Positions 11,309 to 21,399 of a stretch of 64,000 bases of DNA are shown in pieces. This DNA is from Chiloscyllium plagiosum. Taxonomy: Eukaryota. Position numbers and translations under genes: made by a program. The notes beneath the pieces are model-generated. The model was given only the letters and a program-made list of their open reading frames with translations. It had not been told where the DNA came from and did not search any database. Each line of letters begins with the position of its first letter. The first letter of the stretch is position 1. The stretch spans positions 12,726,908 to 12,790,907 of the forward strand of contig NC_057751.1 in the NCBI RefSeq assembly GCF_004010195.1, given 5' to 3'.

Positions 11309-11623
11309 ATCACATCCAGATAAGGCTGTCCGGAGGTGGAACCAGATGTGCTGGCCGACTGGAGATTTATTATAATGGTACCTGGGGTTCCGTTTGTGAT
11401 GATTCCTGGGATCTGACAGACGCTGGTGTGGTTTGCAGACAGCTGGGTTGTGGAAGGGCCTTGAACAAGACACTTCCTGCTTCTTGTGAACCCAACTCAG
11501 GCCCCATTTGGTTGGATGAGGTGGACTGTTCCGGGAAGGAAGCATTTCTCTGGAAATGTCCCTCAGCATCGTGGAATAATCACGATTGTCACCATAAAGA
11601 AGATGTGACGATCGTATGTTCAG
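11309..11623 (+). CDS. SRCR receptor exon, SRCR domain 5 (8 Cys plus one extra)
   Basis: cctgacag acceptor, TCAG|gtattg donor, 315 nt; IRLSGGGTRCAGRLEIYYNGTWGSVCDDSWD...IWLDEVDCSGKE...HDCHHKEDVTIVCS. Confidence 0.94.
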
Positions 11624-12149
11624 GTATTGCTCGTTTTCTTAGACTAAAACCCAAAGCTTCACATGGAGCATGCTGTACTCTGTAATACCGATAGTGCATC
11701 ACAGAACAGCAACGTATTCTCTCTGTATAGGGGTCTGGCTGGTCCTGCTGCTCCACACATGCATTAATAACACCAAATAACACCATCTGGGATTCTTGAT
11801 CTTTCCTTCTCGCCCATATATTTACCCAATTTCACCTTAAAGGCATGCACAAAGCTTTCCTCAGGCCGGTTTTCAAATTCCATGTTCTTTGCAATCCTTG
11901 AGTCAAAAATCATTGTCCAGGATTTCCCAATGGATTATTCAAAACGTCTCAGTTAATGATCCTGAAATTTGGACCCGTCGACTATTGAAATAATTGGTGC
12001 TTGTTTATATCGAGATCTCTTTGCTCCTTCTCAATATTAAGATTTTAATTTCCCTAGAATTATGTGGCATCTTTATGCTTCCAAGCAACCCATATCACTT
12101 CAGTTAGAATTACAGTATCAATCTTTTTCGGAATAATCATCGAACAATG

Positions 12150-12404
12150 CACCACAACAATATGGTCTTCAACCACTCTGTCCTCACACTCATGTCTGTG
12201 TGGACCATGATGCTATTTTAAACTAATACCATCTTTCTGCACATGGTCCAGAGCCCTCTATTCCGTGCATGTCCATATGCTTTGTCTAAACACCTCTTAA
12301 ACATTGTTATTATGGTACCTATTTGCACCACTTCCCCTGGCAGCGCATTCCAAGCACCGTCTCTCTATGTAACCAACTTGCCTTGCACATCTCCTTTAAA
12401 TATT
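12150..12404 (-). mobile_element. CR1 3'-end fragment
   Basis: Reverse-complement match to CR1 3' region (CACCACTTCCCCTGGCAGCGCATTCCA, AAACACCTCTTAAA); similar to 13280-13745. Confidence 0.65.
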
Positions 12405-13080
12405 TCATTACTGCTGATCGTGCACATTGACTATTCAATTTTGGATTCCAAAGTGCAATTTTAAAATTTATTGCCGATGGCAAATTTATTGATGATAGGG
12501 AAGTGGTGGTGGTGGTAGTATTTGTAATGATGCTTGTTAAGAGTGTAGGTACTTATGTTGACAGTTTAAGTATAGCAAATAGAGGAATACATTTTTTTAA
12601 AAGAGTAATCGCACTCAGAAACGCCAGAATTGGTTTGCACTTGAAGCCACACGGAATGCATGACGTGTTGGTTAAGTCAGATGGGATTCATGCAGTTATG
12701 GAAGGATGTTTTTCTGACTGGAGATCTGTGACCAGCCATGTTCCACAAGGGTGACTGTTTACTTCTCATATATATGTAAATGATTAGAATGAAAATATAA
12801 GTGGTCTAATTAATAATTTGCAGATGCATTCCGTGTGGCTTCAAGTGCAAACCAATTCTGGCGTTTCTGAGTGCGATTACTCTTTTAAAAAAATGTATTC
12901 CTCTATTTGCTATACTTAAACTGTCAACATAAGTACCCACACTCTTAACAAGCATCATTACAAATACTACCACCACCACCACTTCCCCATCATCAATAAA
13001 TTTGCCATCGGCAATAAATTTTAAAATTGCACTTTGGAATCCAAAATTGAATAGTCAATGTGCACGATCAGCAGTAATGA
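12405..13080. repeat. Long inverted repeat: arms 12405-12661 and 12824-13080 (257 bp, 2 mismatches), 162-bp spacer of CR1 RT sequence
   Basis: Base-by-base reverse complement; mismatches 12497/12988 and 12547/12938. Spacer encodes CR1-like VMEGCFSDWRSVTSHVPQG. Confidence 0.97.
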
Positions 13081-13279
13081 TATCAGCAACAAATTCCCTT
13101 GGAACATAAGTTCCCAACTTTTCTGTAGCTACCGTTTACACCGACTTTCTGTTTGCAGAAAGATTTTACAGCAAAATTCTACCGATCTCCTGGTTTGATA
13201 CAGTCAGTTTTTGACTTTATAATAACTTGCGAAAAGTTTTCAAAAATTCAAACAGAGTGAAATTTTACAATTACTTAAT

Positions 13280-13745
13280 TCACATAGAGCTACAGAGATA
13301 TACAGCATGAAAACACACTATTCAGTCCAACTCGTTGATGCCGACCAGATCTCGTCCCATTTGCCAGTATTTGGCCCATATCCCTCTGAATCATTCCTGT
13401 TCATCTTCTCACCCAGATGCATTTTAAAGGTTGCAATTGTGCCATCCTCCACCATTTCCTCTGGTAGCTCATTCCATGCATGCACCACCTTTTGTGTGAG
13501 AAACGTTGCCCCTTTCATCGCTTTTAAAACTTTTCCCTCTCACCTTAAACCTATGCCCTCTAGTTTTGGCTTCCCCTACCCCAGGGAAAAGTCCCAATTT
13601 ACCCTATTTATGCCCGTCATTATTTTGTGAAACTCTATAAGGTCACCCCTCAGCCCCCCTCACACCAGGAATAACAGCTGCAGCCTATTCAGGCTCTCCC
13701 AAACACTTCAACCCTGGAAACATCCTTGTCAATCGTTTCTGAACT
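13280..13745 (-). mobile_element. CR1 (HER1-like) 3' end
   Basis: Minus ORF 13318-13518 FLTQKVVHAWNELPEEMVEDGTIATFKMHL...EGYGPNTGKW is a CR1 ORF2 C-terminus. Confidence 0.88.
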
Positions 13746-13849
13746 CTATTCATTCAAATTGATTCAGGAATTCAAAGAGTTGCCTGAAAGGATTTGGAAA
13801 TTCTTCTTGATTATGAATTTCTATATCTGTAGGAATAAACAGAATGTGT

Positions 13850-15675
13850 TTCTGAAAGGGAATCGTACGTGGCTGACTGGCTGAAGTTTTATTTGAAGAA
13901 GTAACAGAAATACTTGATGATACTAATATTTTACAATTGATTTCAGAGGATATTTAGACATGTGACAAAATGTGTAGGCCTTGTCATAAAAGCGACTGGA
14001 GCAACAACATTGGCAGATTGTTCGCAAAAAGAGAGAAATGGGAAATGGATATTATTTGGGTAGACAAAGGTTTATCGGGAACTGCATAAGAATGCATGGT
14101 TTTCCGAGTTTTAAATCAATATTTTGATGTGCAGGGGACAATGTCAATGCTTACAAGTGACGTGAAACTTTGAAGAACTATAAACTGTGGGAAGGACAAT
14201 GCAGAACTCCAAAAACGTACCGATAAGTTGGTCAGGTGGCCAATAGGAGGCAGACGAGAATCAGTTCAGGGATGTGTGAGGTAATGCATTTTAGCTGGAA
14301 GAACATTGAAATTAAATTTTTAAAAAGGAGGTACACGTTTGAAGGGGGTTGAAAAGCAGAGGGACCTGGGTGCATATGTGCACAGTCATTGAAGGAAGGA
14401 GGACAGGTCGAGACAGCAGTTAAAGCATACTGTGTCCACAGATTTATTAATAGGGGCCTAGAGTACAAGAGCAAGGTGATGATATTAAACTTCGAAGAAA
14501 TACTTTGTTAGGCATCAGCTGGAGTATTGTGCACAGTTGTACGTGCCACATTATACACATTGTGTAGATATTTGTGACAATGCTGCTCCTTTAACAAGGT
14601 AATGCTTCGTCTTTATCAAATACTTTACTGGTTCAAAGGTGTCCAGTTTGTAAGGGTTTTAGGGCCAATTTGATTAGAGCTAACAAATACTGCCGCAGAT
14701 ACAAGGCTTTCAAGTTTAAAGACAATCTTGTACAATGAAAGGGGAGTGGCAAGTTCTCGCAGTTCAGCTTTTTTCTGGTTTGGATTTAATCTGGTTGCTC
14801 AGCATTGGCTGTTCAGGGCAAGCAGTCAGTCAGTTGTGAAGCTGCTGGACCCGAAGAAGCGGTCCATGTTGATCCTCCCTCTCTCCGATATTTCACCTGT
14901 AAGAGCCTGTGTTTGATCTTACCATTTTTTGCAAAGGCTTATTTTTAAGGATTGTCGCAAGTATTTGGAAGAGCATCATAAAGTTGGGATGGTCTGTTGG
15001 GTATTTGATTAGTTACGTTATTCGTTAACCTGTTCTCTTTTGCTTGTCTTTCATTCGGTAATCTTACAAATAAATTCTGTTTTGTGTAAAACGTAGAGAT
15101 TCAGCTAGCTGCACCACTCCAGGAATATCGACCTCATACCTGCTGAAAACAAATAGTGAAGTAAGGGCCATTTTCTTGAAATGTTTTGAGGGAGTCTGGC
15201 CTGGTCCATAATACATTAGAGGCAGTGCAGAAGCGATTTGGAAGAAAGTTCTAGGAATAAAGAGCTTCCGTGTTGAAGATAGCTTGGAAAGAGAAAAAGG
15301 CCGAGGGGAGATTGGATAGAAGTTTTCAAAATCCCGAGCGGGCTGGACAGAGTGGATATGAAGACGCTGTCCCTGCTTACAACAGTAGCAAGAAGGAGAA
15401 GGCATAGATTTAAAATGACCTGTAAAAGTAGCAAGTGTGATGTGAGGAAAAATATATTCATACAACTAGCAGAATGGACTGCCTGAAAGTGGGATGGAGT
15501 CAATTCCAATTGAGGCATTCAAAGAGGACATGAGGTGGTTTTCTGGATATTGAGAATGTACACGGATGTGGGGGAAAGCAGGAGATTGTTACTAAGTCAT
15601 GACGCTTCTTTGACGAACCAGTACAGAATGGACCGAATCGTCAATTTCTGCACCGTAAGACATGTGTGATTCTGT
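13850..15675 (+). mobile_element. Degenerate CR1 RT to 3' end, interrupted by an LTR-like insertion
   Basis: CR1 motifs (EFFEEV-like, QRDLG, LEYCAQ) to 14572, resuming at 15214 with LEAVQKRF. Confidence 0.65.
14573..15213. mobile_element. Probable solo LTR inserted in CR1
   Basis: ~640-bp non-CR1 block starting TGTGAC and ending CCATAATA (decayed ...CATAACA), imperfect 4-bp TSD tatt/catt, internal AATAAA near 15069; CR1 frame is continuous across it. Confidence 0.6.
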
Positions 15676-15818
15676 GCCTTGAGTTGTCGCTGTTTAGCTT
15701 TCTGATTAAGTACTGGTGATCAGTGAACACAAACGGTGCAACATGTCTCCCAGCTGTGTTGCGACAAACAGCCTATTTCCCGAGTGAACTGCCCGGATAT
15801 TTCTGATTTTATTAACAG

Positions 15819-16130
15819 AACACAAAGAGCTGAGGCTGGTGAATGGTAAGCATCGCTGCGAGGGGAGAGTGGAAGTGTTCTACAATGGGACCTGGGGAAC
15901 CGTGTGCTCTGAAAATCTGGATGACCACGACGCGCAAGTGATCTGTAAACAGTTAGAGTGCGGCGACCTCGTTTCCCAAGACACTAAGTATTTCGAACAG
16001 GGATCTGGACAAATCTGGTTGGATGAGGTTGAGTGTAATTTCCAAGAGACGACCCTTTGGCAGTGCCAGTCAGAGCCCTGGGGGCAACATAACTGTAATC
16101 ACTTGGAAGATACCGGCGTGATTTGTTCAG
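15819..16130 (+). CDS. SRCR receptor exon, SRCR domain 6 (8 Cys)
   Basis: attaacag acceptor, TCAG|gtaaca donor, 312 nt; ELRLVNGKHRCEGRVEVFYNGTWGTVC...WGQHNCNHLEDTGVICS. Confidence 0.94.
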
Positions 16131-16384
16131 GTAACACAGCAAATCTCTCAAGGGGCAGGGTGGGAGGAGGTGGGGGGGGGGGCGGGGTTTGTCCTTTTAA
16201 ACCTTAACCTTTGACATAGTCAGTTCGTTTATCTTATTCACAGAAATCAACAAAGGCAATAAGCAGCCCGACAGTTCAAATGACTGCAATCAAAGACCAG
16301 GTAATTGCTCTACTTTGTCAGATTGAAGATCTGTCTTGTACTCCTAGCTTCCCCTGTCACATAAAATTGACCTTTTTTTGACAG

Positions 16385-16702
16385 AAGCGGGATTTGATTT
16401 GCGCCTGGTTGGAGGCAATAGCAACTGTACTGGGACTGTGGAGATCTTGTACAACAACACTTGGGGCACAGTGTGTGATGACTCCTGGGATCTGGCTGAT
16501 GCCAGGGTTGTCTGCAGACAACTGGCATGTGGTCCCGCTCTATTGGCCTCAGGAGGAACAACTTTTGCCCAGGCTGACGGTGTCATCTGGCTGGATGAAG
16601 TGAAATGCACGGGAAGTGAATCTTTTCTGTCCGACTGTCCTTCCTTACTCTCAGCTCAGCCTGACTGTGACCATAAGGAAGATGCCCGGGTGATCTGTTC
16701 CG
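16385..16702 (+). CDS. SRCR receptor exon, SRCR domain 7 (8 Cys, membrane proximal)
   Basis: tttttttgacag acceptor, TCCG|gtaggg donor, 318 nt; LRLVGGNSNCTGTVEILYNNTWGTVCDDSWD...DCDHKEDARVICS. Confidence 0.94.
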
Positions 16703-16847
16703 GTAGGGACGCTACTGAGTGATTGGGTTGAATCTTGATTGGGGAACATTATCCAGTGTTATTGCATATTGCAATGAGCTGTTGTCTTTCTGAAGTAAAA
16801 TCTCAGTTTTTGACATTCATGAGTATTTTTTACAATGCATTTCACAG

Positions 16848-16889
16848 AGCCTGATTTGTCACCGAATCCTACCCCGGCCACATCTACAG
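16848..16889 (+). CDS. SRCR receptor exon, Pro/Ser/Thr-rich stalk (E)PDLSPNPTPATST
   Basis: tttcacag acceptor, ACAG|gtattt donor, 42 nt, phase 1-1, mucin-like composition. Confidence 0.85.
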
Positions 16890-17073
16890 GTATTTATAAT
16901 TAAGACTTGCTCCTGTTCCTGTTGGAGTTCTGACTCGTGAGAGTCGTCTTATTGACATAGCCGTACGATTGTTAATTTCAGAAGTTTAGATTAGTTTTAA
17001 ATCGTGTGAAACATTTGACATGTTCAAGGTGGACTATGTCTGTATTAATTGTTTCTGTAACCCTGCCATTTAG

Positions 17074-17190
17074 AACAAGGAGATAAAACCAGTTCCATCC
17101 TTCCTGCTGTTTGCATCACCCTAGCTGCCCTGATACTCTGTGAGTTAATCGCGCTACTGGCTGTAAGACAGAGAAAGTTTAAAATAAAAG
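17074..17190 (+). CDS. SRCR receptor exon, transmembrane segment
   Basis: catttag acceptor, AAAG|gtaagg donor, 117 nt; (E)QGDKTSSILPAVCITLAALILCELIALLAVRQRKFKIK: 23-aa hydrophobic run then basic stop-transfer. Too short for the ORF track. Confidence 0.9.
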
Positions 17191-17729
17191 GTAAGGTTCA
17201 AATCTTCTACCCAAACCAACAACGGTTCTCCGAGGTTCCTGATTCTACTCAAGTGTTGACAAGACTTTTCCGGGGCGTAGAGAAATCATTTGACCTTATT
17301 AGAAATCAAGATGAATCCGTTTCTGGCCACGTGTTTTGTTCAGGGCATTTCTGAAGTCACTGAAAGGCGACATTGGAACTGGGAGCTGATTTAAAATGTC
17401 CCCATTCATTCAGCACATAGAACACCGGAAGAAGTTACTTGGGACAATGGGTCAGAAATTTTCATTGAACTCTTTGGCCTTTGCGTTCAATTATCTGCTT
17501 CTCAGTTACTCTTCCTTATGGGTGTCGTCAGAATACCCCAATTCACTCAACGTTCAATCGCAACCATTTCCTTCATATCCCAGCACGAACATATCACTTC
17601 TCATGAGTGTGGAAAACATGGCACTTTTTATGACACAGCAAAAACAAATCCCTGACAAACTGATGCTATCCTCAGAGATCAGTCGATTTAATGTACAGTC
17701 TCCCCACAAATGATTCGCAAATGAATATC

Positions 17730-18065
17730 TGGGTGAGCGGGTTGGTGAGTGTCGGTGCTTTCATGCGTAATCTGTGAATGTGCGTGAGTGTACGTATGCG
17801 TGTTATTGCGTTATTCTGAGTGAATACCAGGATGTCACGCAATGTCCATGTGTCACAGTGTGTGAGAGTGTTTGAGTATTTGCATTTGTGTGTGTGTGTG
17901 TAAGTTTGTGAGAGAGTGCTTACGCGTGTGTTAGTATATTTATGAGTGAGTGCTTCTTGATGCATCTGCGTGATTAGTGCCTATTGTGAGTGGCTGTTTG
18001 TGTGTCAGGGAATATGTATGTCAGTGAATGTGTGCGTTTGTGTGTCAATGAATATGTTTGTGAGG
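17730..18065. repeat. Degenerate (TG)n / GT-rich low-complexity tract
   Basis: Dense TGTG/GAGT repeats. Confidence 0.8.
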
Positions 18066-18474
18066 ATAAGTATGTGACGGACAATATTAATTGAAGACCT
18101 GGCAGTGAATATAGATTTGACAAGATTCAGTGGGACGAGTTTATTTGTGTGATAAAGGGACTGACAAAGCCCCAAACAGCATGATTTTTAAAACAAATAC
18201 ACAATTGTACTTCCCTCAAATGTTAACAGGTCTTGAACATATCCTTCTATCACTCCAACATACCTTGTATTCATTTTTCGAAAAGTAGTGACACTTTCTG
18301 TAATATCAGAGAATCACAGGATTGTTACTGTGCAGAAGGACACCGCCCAGCCAACCTCGCCTATCCTGTTCTCTGAAGGAGCATCATGACTTTTGCGCCA
18401 TTCTCCTGCCTTTCCTCCCTTAACCCGACAAACCTGTTCCTCTTGGATTAATGATCCATGCATTTGAATGTCTC

Positions 18475-18610
18475 AGAGGTAAAAACAATGACTGCAGATG
18501 CTGGAAACCAGATTCTGGATCAGTGGTGCTGGAAGAGCACAGCAGTTCAGGCAGCATCCGAGGAGCTTCGAAATCGACGTTTCGGGCAAAAGCCCTTCAT
18601 CAGGAATAAA
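18475..18610 (-). mobile_element. Short Penelope-like terminal repeat fragment carrying a hammerhead motif
   Basis: Reverse complement matches the 3' end of the Penelope element at ~55035-55110 (CCTGAWGAAGGG...GATGCTGCCTG...GCTGTG.TCTTCCAGC). Confidence 0.75.
18572..18607 (-). ncRNA. Minimal type-I hammerhead ribozyme core (Penelope-associated)
   Basis: Minus strand reads AUUC-CUGAUGA-A-GGGC-UUUU-GCCC-GAAA-C-GUC-GAUU: conserved core, 4-bp stem II, loopless stem III with GUC site; stem I is weak. Confidence 0.6.
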
Positions 18611-19315
18611 GCTCAGGAATGTCAGGAATGTCTCAGTGTGCTTCCTCGCACACATCAGGCAATGAATTCCTGACTCAAGCTACTTGCTGTGGCAAACTAT
18701 TTATTGTTGCATTACTCTTTGAAGCTATGCTCTCTGGTTGTCGAGATCTATTTTTATGAGTTGGGTCCCCAACTACCCTCTTCAGCCCGTCATGATTTTA
18801 AAAGCCTCTGTCAAATTTCCTTGAATCTTTCTTTTCTCCATGAAAATCATCCATACTTCTTCAATCTATCCTCGTAACTGAAGTTCCCTCTCGTTGAACA
18901 AATCTTATAAACCTCTTCTACACACTCTCCCAGTGCATTTGCATCAATCCTATAATATGCTGCCCAGAACAGTTGTAAACATTTCTCCAACTGAAGTCTA
19001 ACTCATGTTTAAACAAGTAACAATAAGTTTCCTTCCATGAAACTCTCCAACATCAATAAAATTGTAAAATCAAGTGAAGATTGATTGTAAAGAGATTTAT
19101 GAGATACGAATTTACAAGCAGACACTTCAGAGACAGAAAGTAGAGCTGCACTTCAAAGCACCTCTCCCTTCAAAGAGACACACGTTGGCACTGCATTTGC
19201 CACCGTACAGGAAGAGCGACTATTCATGTTATGGTGCCTGCGAGCACAGCTTTCTTGTTAACCCTGCATGCAATACAACAAAATGTTAATCTCTCCTTCC
19301 TCCATCCTTCTACAG

Positions 19316-19423
19316 TTGCCCTTTCTGACCACTGGGATTCCACTGCTGGTTTATACCAAGGAATTTATGAAGAGATTGAGAATATTGCAGCGGGCAAGCA
19401 TTCAGCTCAGACACATGGCTCAG
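19316..19423 (+). CDS. SRCR receptor cytoplasmic exon 1 (LYQGIYEEI)
   Basis: Long pyrimidine tract plus ctacag acceptor, TCAG|gtacaa donor, 108 nt; (V)ALSDHWDSTAGLYQGIYEEIENIAAGKHSAQTHGS. Confidence 0.88.
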
Positions 19424-20099
19424 GTACAAAATTCCATCCTTTCACCTCCCAATTTCTGTTGCTCAGTGGTCAATGCACTGATTGGGTACAGTTGGAAGCT
19501 CACCACACCGAGTGAACATCGTCGTGGCCTGTCCTCAGATAACCAGTTTTAAAATGTGCATTGTGCGTCACAATATTTAGGCCAATGACGGTACTCAAAT
19601 CTGTAGATCTTTCAATTCTTTCGGACATAGGGAAGGCTTAGATGGGGAAGGTCAGTCTCGAAACTGAAAGATAAAAGAATCGGAAAAAGGATCCTCTTTG
19701 CAACATTTTGTGACCACACAGCCCTGGTCGGATTGACAGCTAGCTGATTTTTAAAAGACACAGGAGCAAACTCCGTTCACTGACACGATATGAAAAAAAA
19801 ACAGATCAGATATTTTCCTCTGCGCTGAGATAGGAGGTGTTAGCTTTAGCAACGAGCTGTACGGTGTGAGTTGGTGTCAGTTCAATGGTAGGATCGACAG
19901 CGGGTCAACGTTTTGAGCCCAGATGACTTTGCCTATCCTTTGTTGCTCTGACAAAATGATGCAAGCCATCCCTCTTCATACACTGCAACAAATGTTCTGC
20001 CTCAATCGTGTCTGGCCTCAAACTGACGCAGGGACCGGTAAATGGATTCGGTTCCCTTCTCCGAACATCCTAATCACAACTCGCTTTTGTGTTTTACAG

Positions 20100-20210
20100 T
20101 TTCTTCTTCCCGTGACTCACTCAATCACATCGAATATTACACCAGTCAAGGTTTGGGTGAAAATGATCCTGGACCAGCGAATCCTGAAGGAAACTCCTCC
20201 AGTACTCCGG
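20100..20210 (+). CDS. SRCR receptor cytoplasmic exon 2
   Basis: gttttacag acceptor, CCGG|gtttgc donor, 111 nt; (V)SSSRDSLNHIEYYTSQGLGENDPGPANPEGNSSSTP. Confidence 0.8.
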
Positions 20211-20554
20211 GTTTGCATCTTCACAATTTGCAAATATCCTTTTTTATTACATGTATGCTTCACGTTATCTGCTACCAAAAATCAAAAGATAAAGACGTCG
20301 AGCGACACAACGCCATAGAATGGCGCTGCCCAGAACCAGCAGTGCCAGAGAGTGATCTGACTGTTATAATTAATAGCTCGGCTGAATGTATGCACAGCTT
20401 CAGTGATTCAGTGGAATGGGATTTTAAAACTAAGATACGGCCCTCTCATCTCATTAATTTTCCCGCCTTACAAATTCCTCCTAGATTGATACATAATTGT
20501 ACATTGTTTGGTGCGAAGTATTCGTTTTCAATGAAAATCCCTCGTTCATTCTAG

Positions 20555-20686
20555 GTCCGTTTGCAGGCAATTATGATGATATTGAGACTGAAACTAATGA
20601 CACGCGGGACAGTCACTTGCTGCTTGATCCTGGTCCCGAGGATTTTTCCAAACTGAGACCGAGCAGCGGCGACGGCGCCGCTCTGG
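20555..20686 (+). CDS. SRCR receptor cytoplasmic exon 3 (NYDDI, DSHLLL)
   Basis: cattctag acceptor, CTGG|gtgagt donor, 132 nt; (G)PFAGNYDDIETETNDTRDSHLLLDPGPEDFSKLRPSSGDGAAL. Confidence 0.83.
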
Positions 20687-21399
20687 GTGAGTTAACCCTC
20701 AGCAATGTTTGCTAGTGCTGTCTAACAGAATCAACTGTGTGTTTATAGAACATCTACGAGGAACCAACTACACATGTGAGAGTAATTTTAATTACAAAAT
20801 ATTGCAGAAGGGTCCTGGACTTGAAACAGTGTCGTGTCTATTGCGCCCTGTGTATTGCTACCTCTTTAAATTGCAGACACAGCCAGGAGCTTTTCCACAA
20901 ATTTGCACTTCTGAAAGGTGATTGGAGTTCGTGTAATTACAGGGGATGTACGAAGCTGCAATTTCAGTGGAACACCTCTTCCCCGAACAGCAACAAAAAG
21001 ACTTGGTGTCTGAGGATCAGACGTTTCAGCAGTTATAATTCTTGTTGCCTGCTGTAGAGGCACTGTGTAGTTCAAAGGACCAATATAGATCAGTATCTAA
21101 TTGAGAGAGGAGGGAGGCGTGGGCGGAATCTCTGATACCTCAACCGTTTTGCTTTGAGATGAGTGTTTAGCATAACTGAACTCACACCGATTTCTGGAGC
21201 ATGATTCTCGTTGACTCGCACAGAGAAAGTGCCAGGAACGCTTGTCAATAAGAGTCAAACCATCTGATCAGCTGCTCAGGCATGTTTCTGCTTCTCCAAG
21301 GCCAATTGAGCCAAGCATGCTCTCGTATTTCCCTCTCCTTCAACCTTCAACTGGTATCATTCACGATTTTCTGTCCTATCTCCCACAGATTTTCTCTGA

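Larger units (their letters stand above)
18310..19050 (-). mobile_element. Old CR1 3' remnant interrupted by a Penelope-type terminal repeat
   Basis: Reverse CR1 motifs (CCCGTCATGATTTTAAAAGCCTCT, CCCAGAAC...CTCCAACTGA); insertion at ~18475-18610. Confidence 0.55.

Noticed and set aside
12405..13080. MITE or DNA transposon with long TIRs
   Set aside because: No TSD visible and the spacer is CR1 RT sequence; inverted duplication fits better, though a genome-wide search is needed to exclude it fully.
3373..16702. DMBT1 or CD163A gene symbol
   Set aside because: No CUB/ZP domains or repeated SID linkers, and the long multi-tyrosine tail is unlike CD163A; orthology is unresolved, so no symbol is given.
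17672..17965. 97-aa Thr/His-rich ORF
   Set aside because: Translation of the (CA)n-like low-complexity tract.
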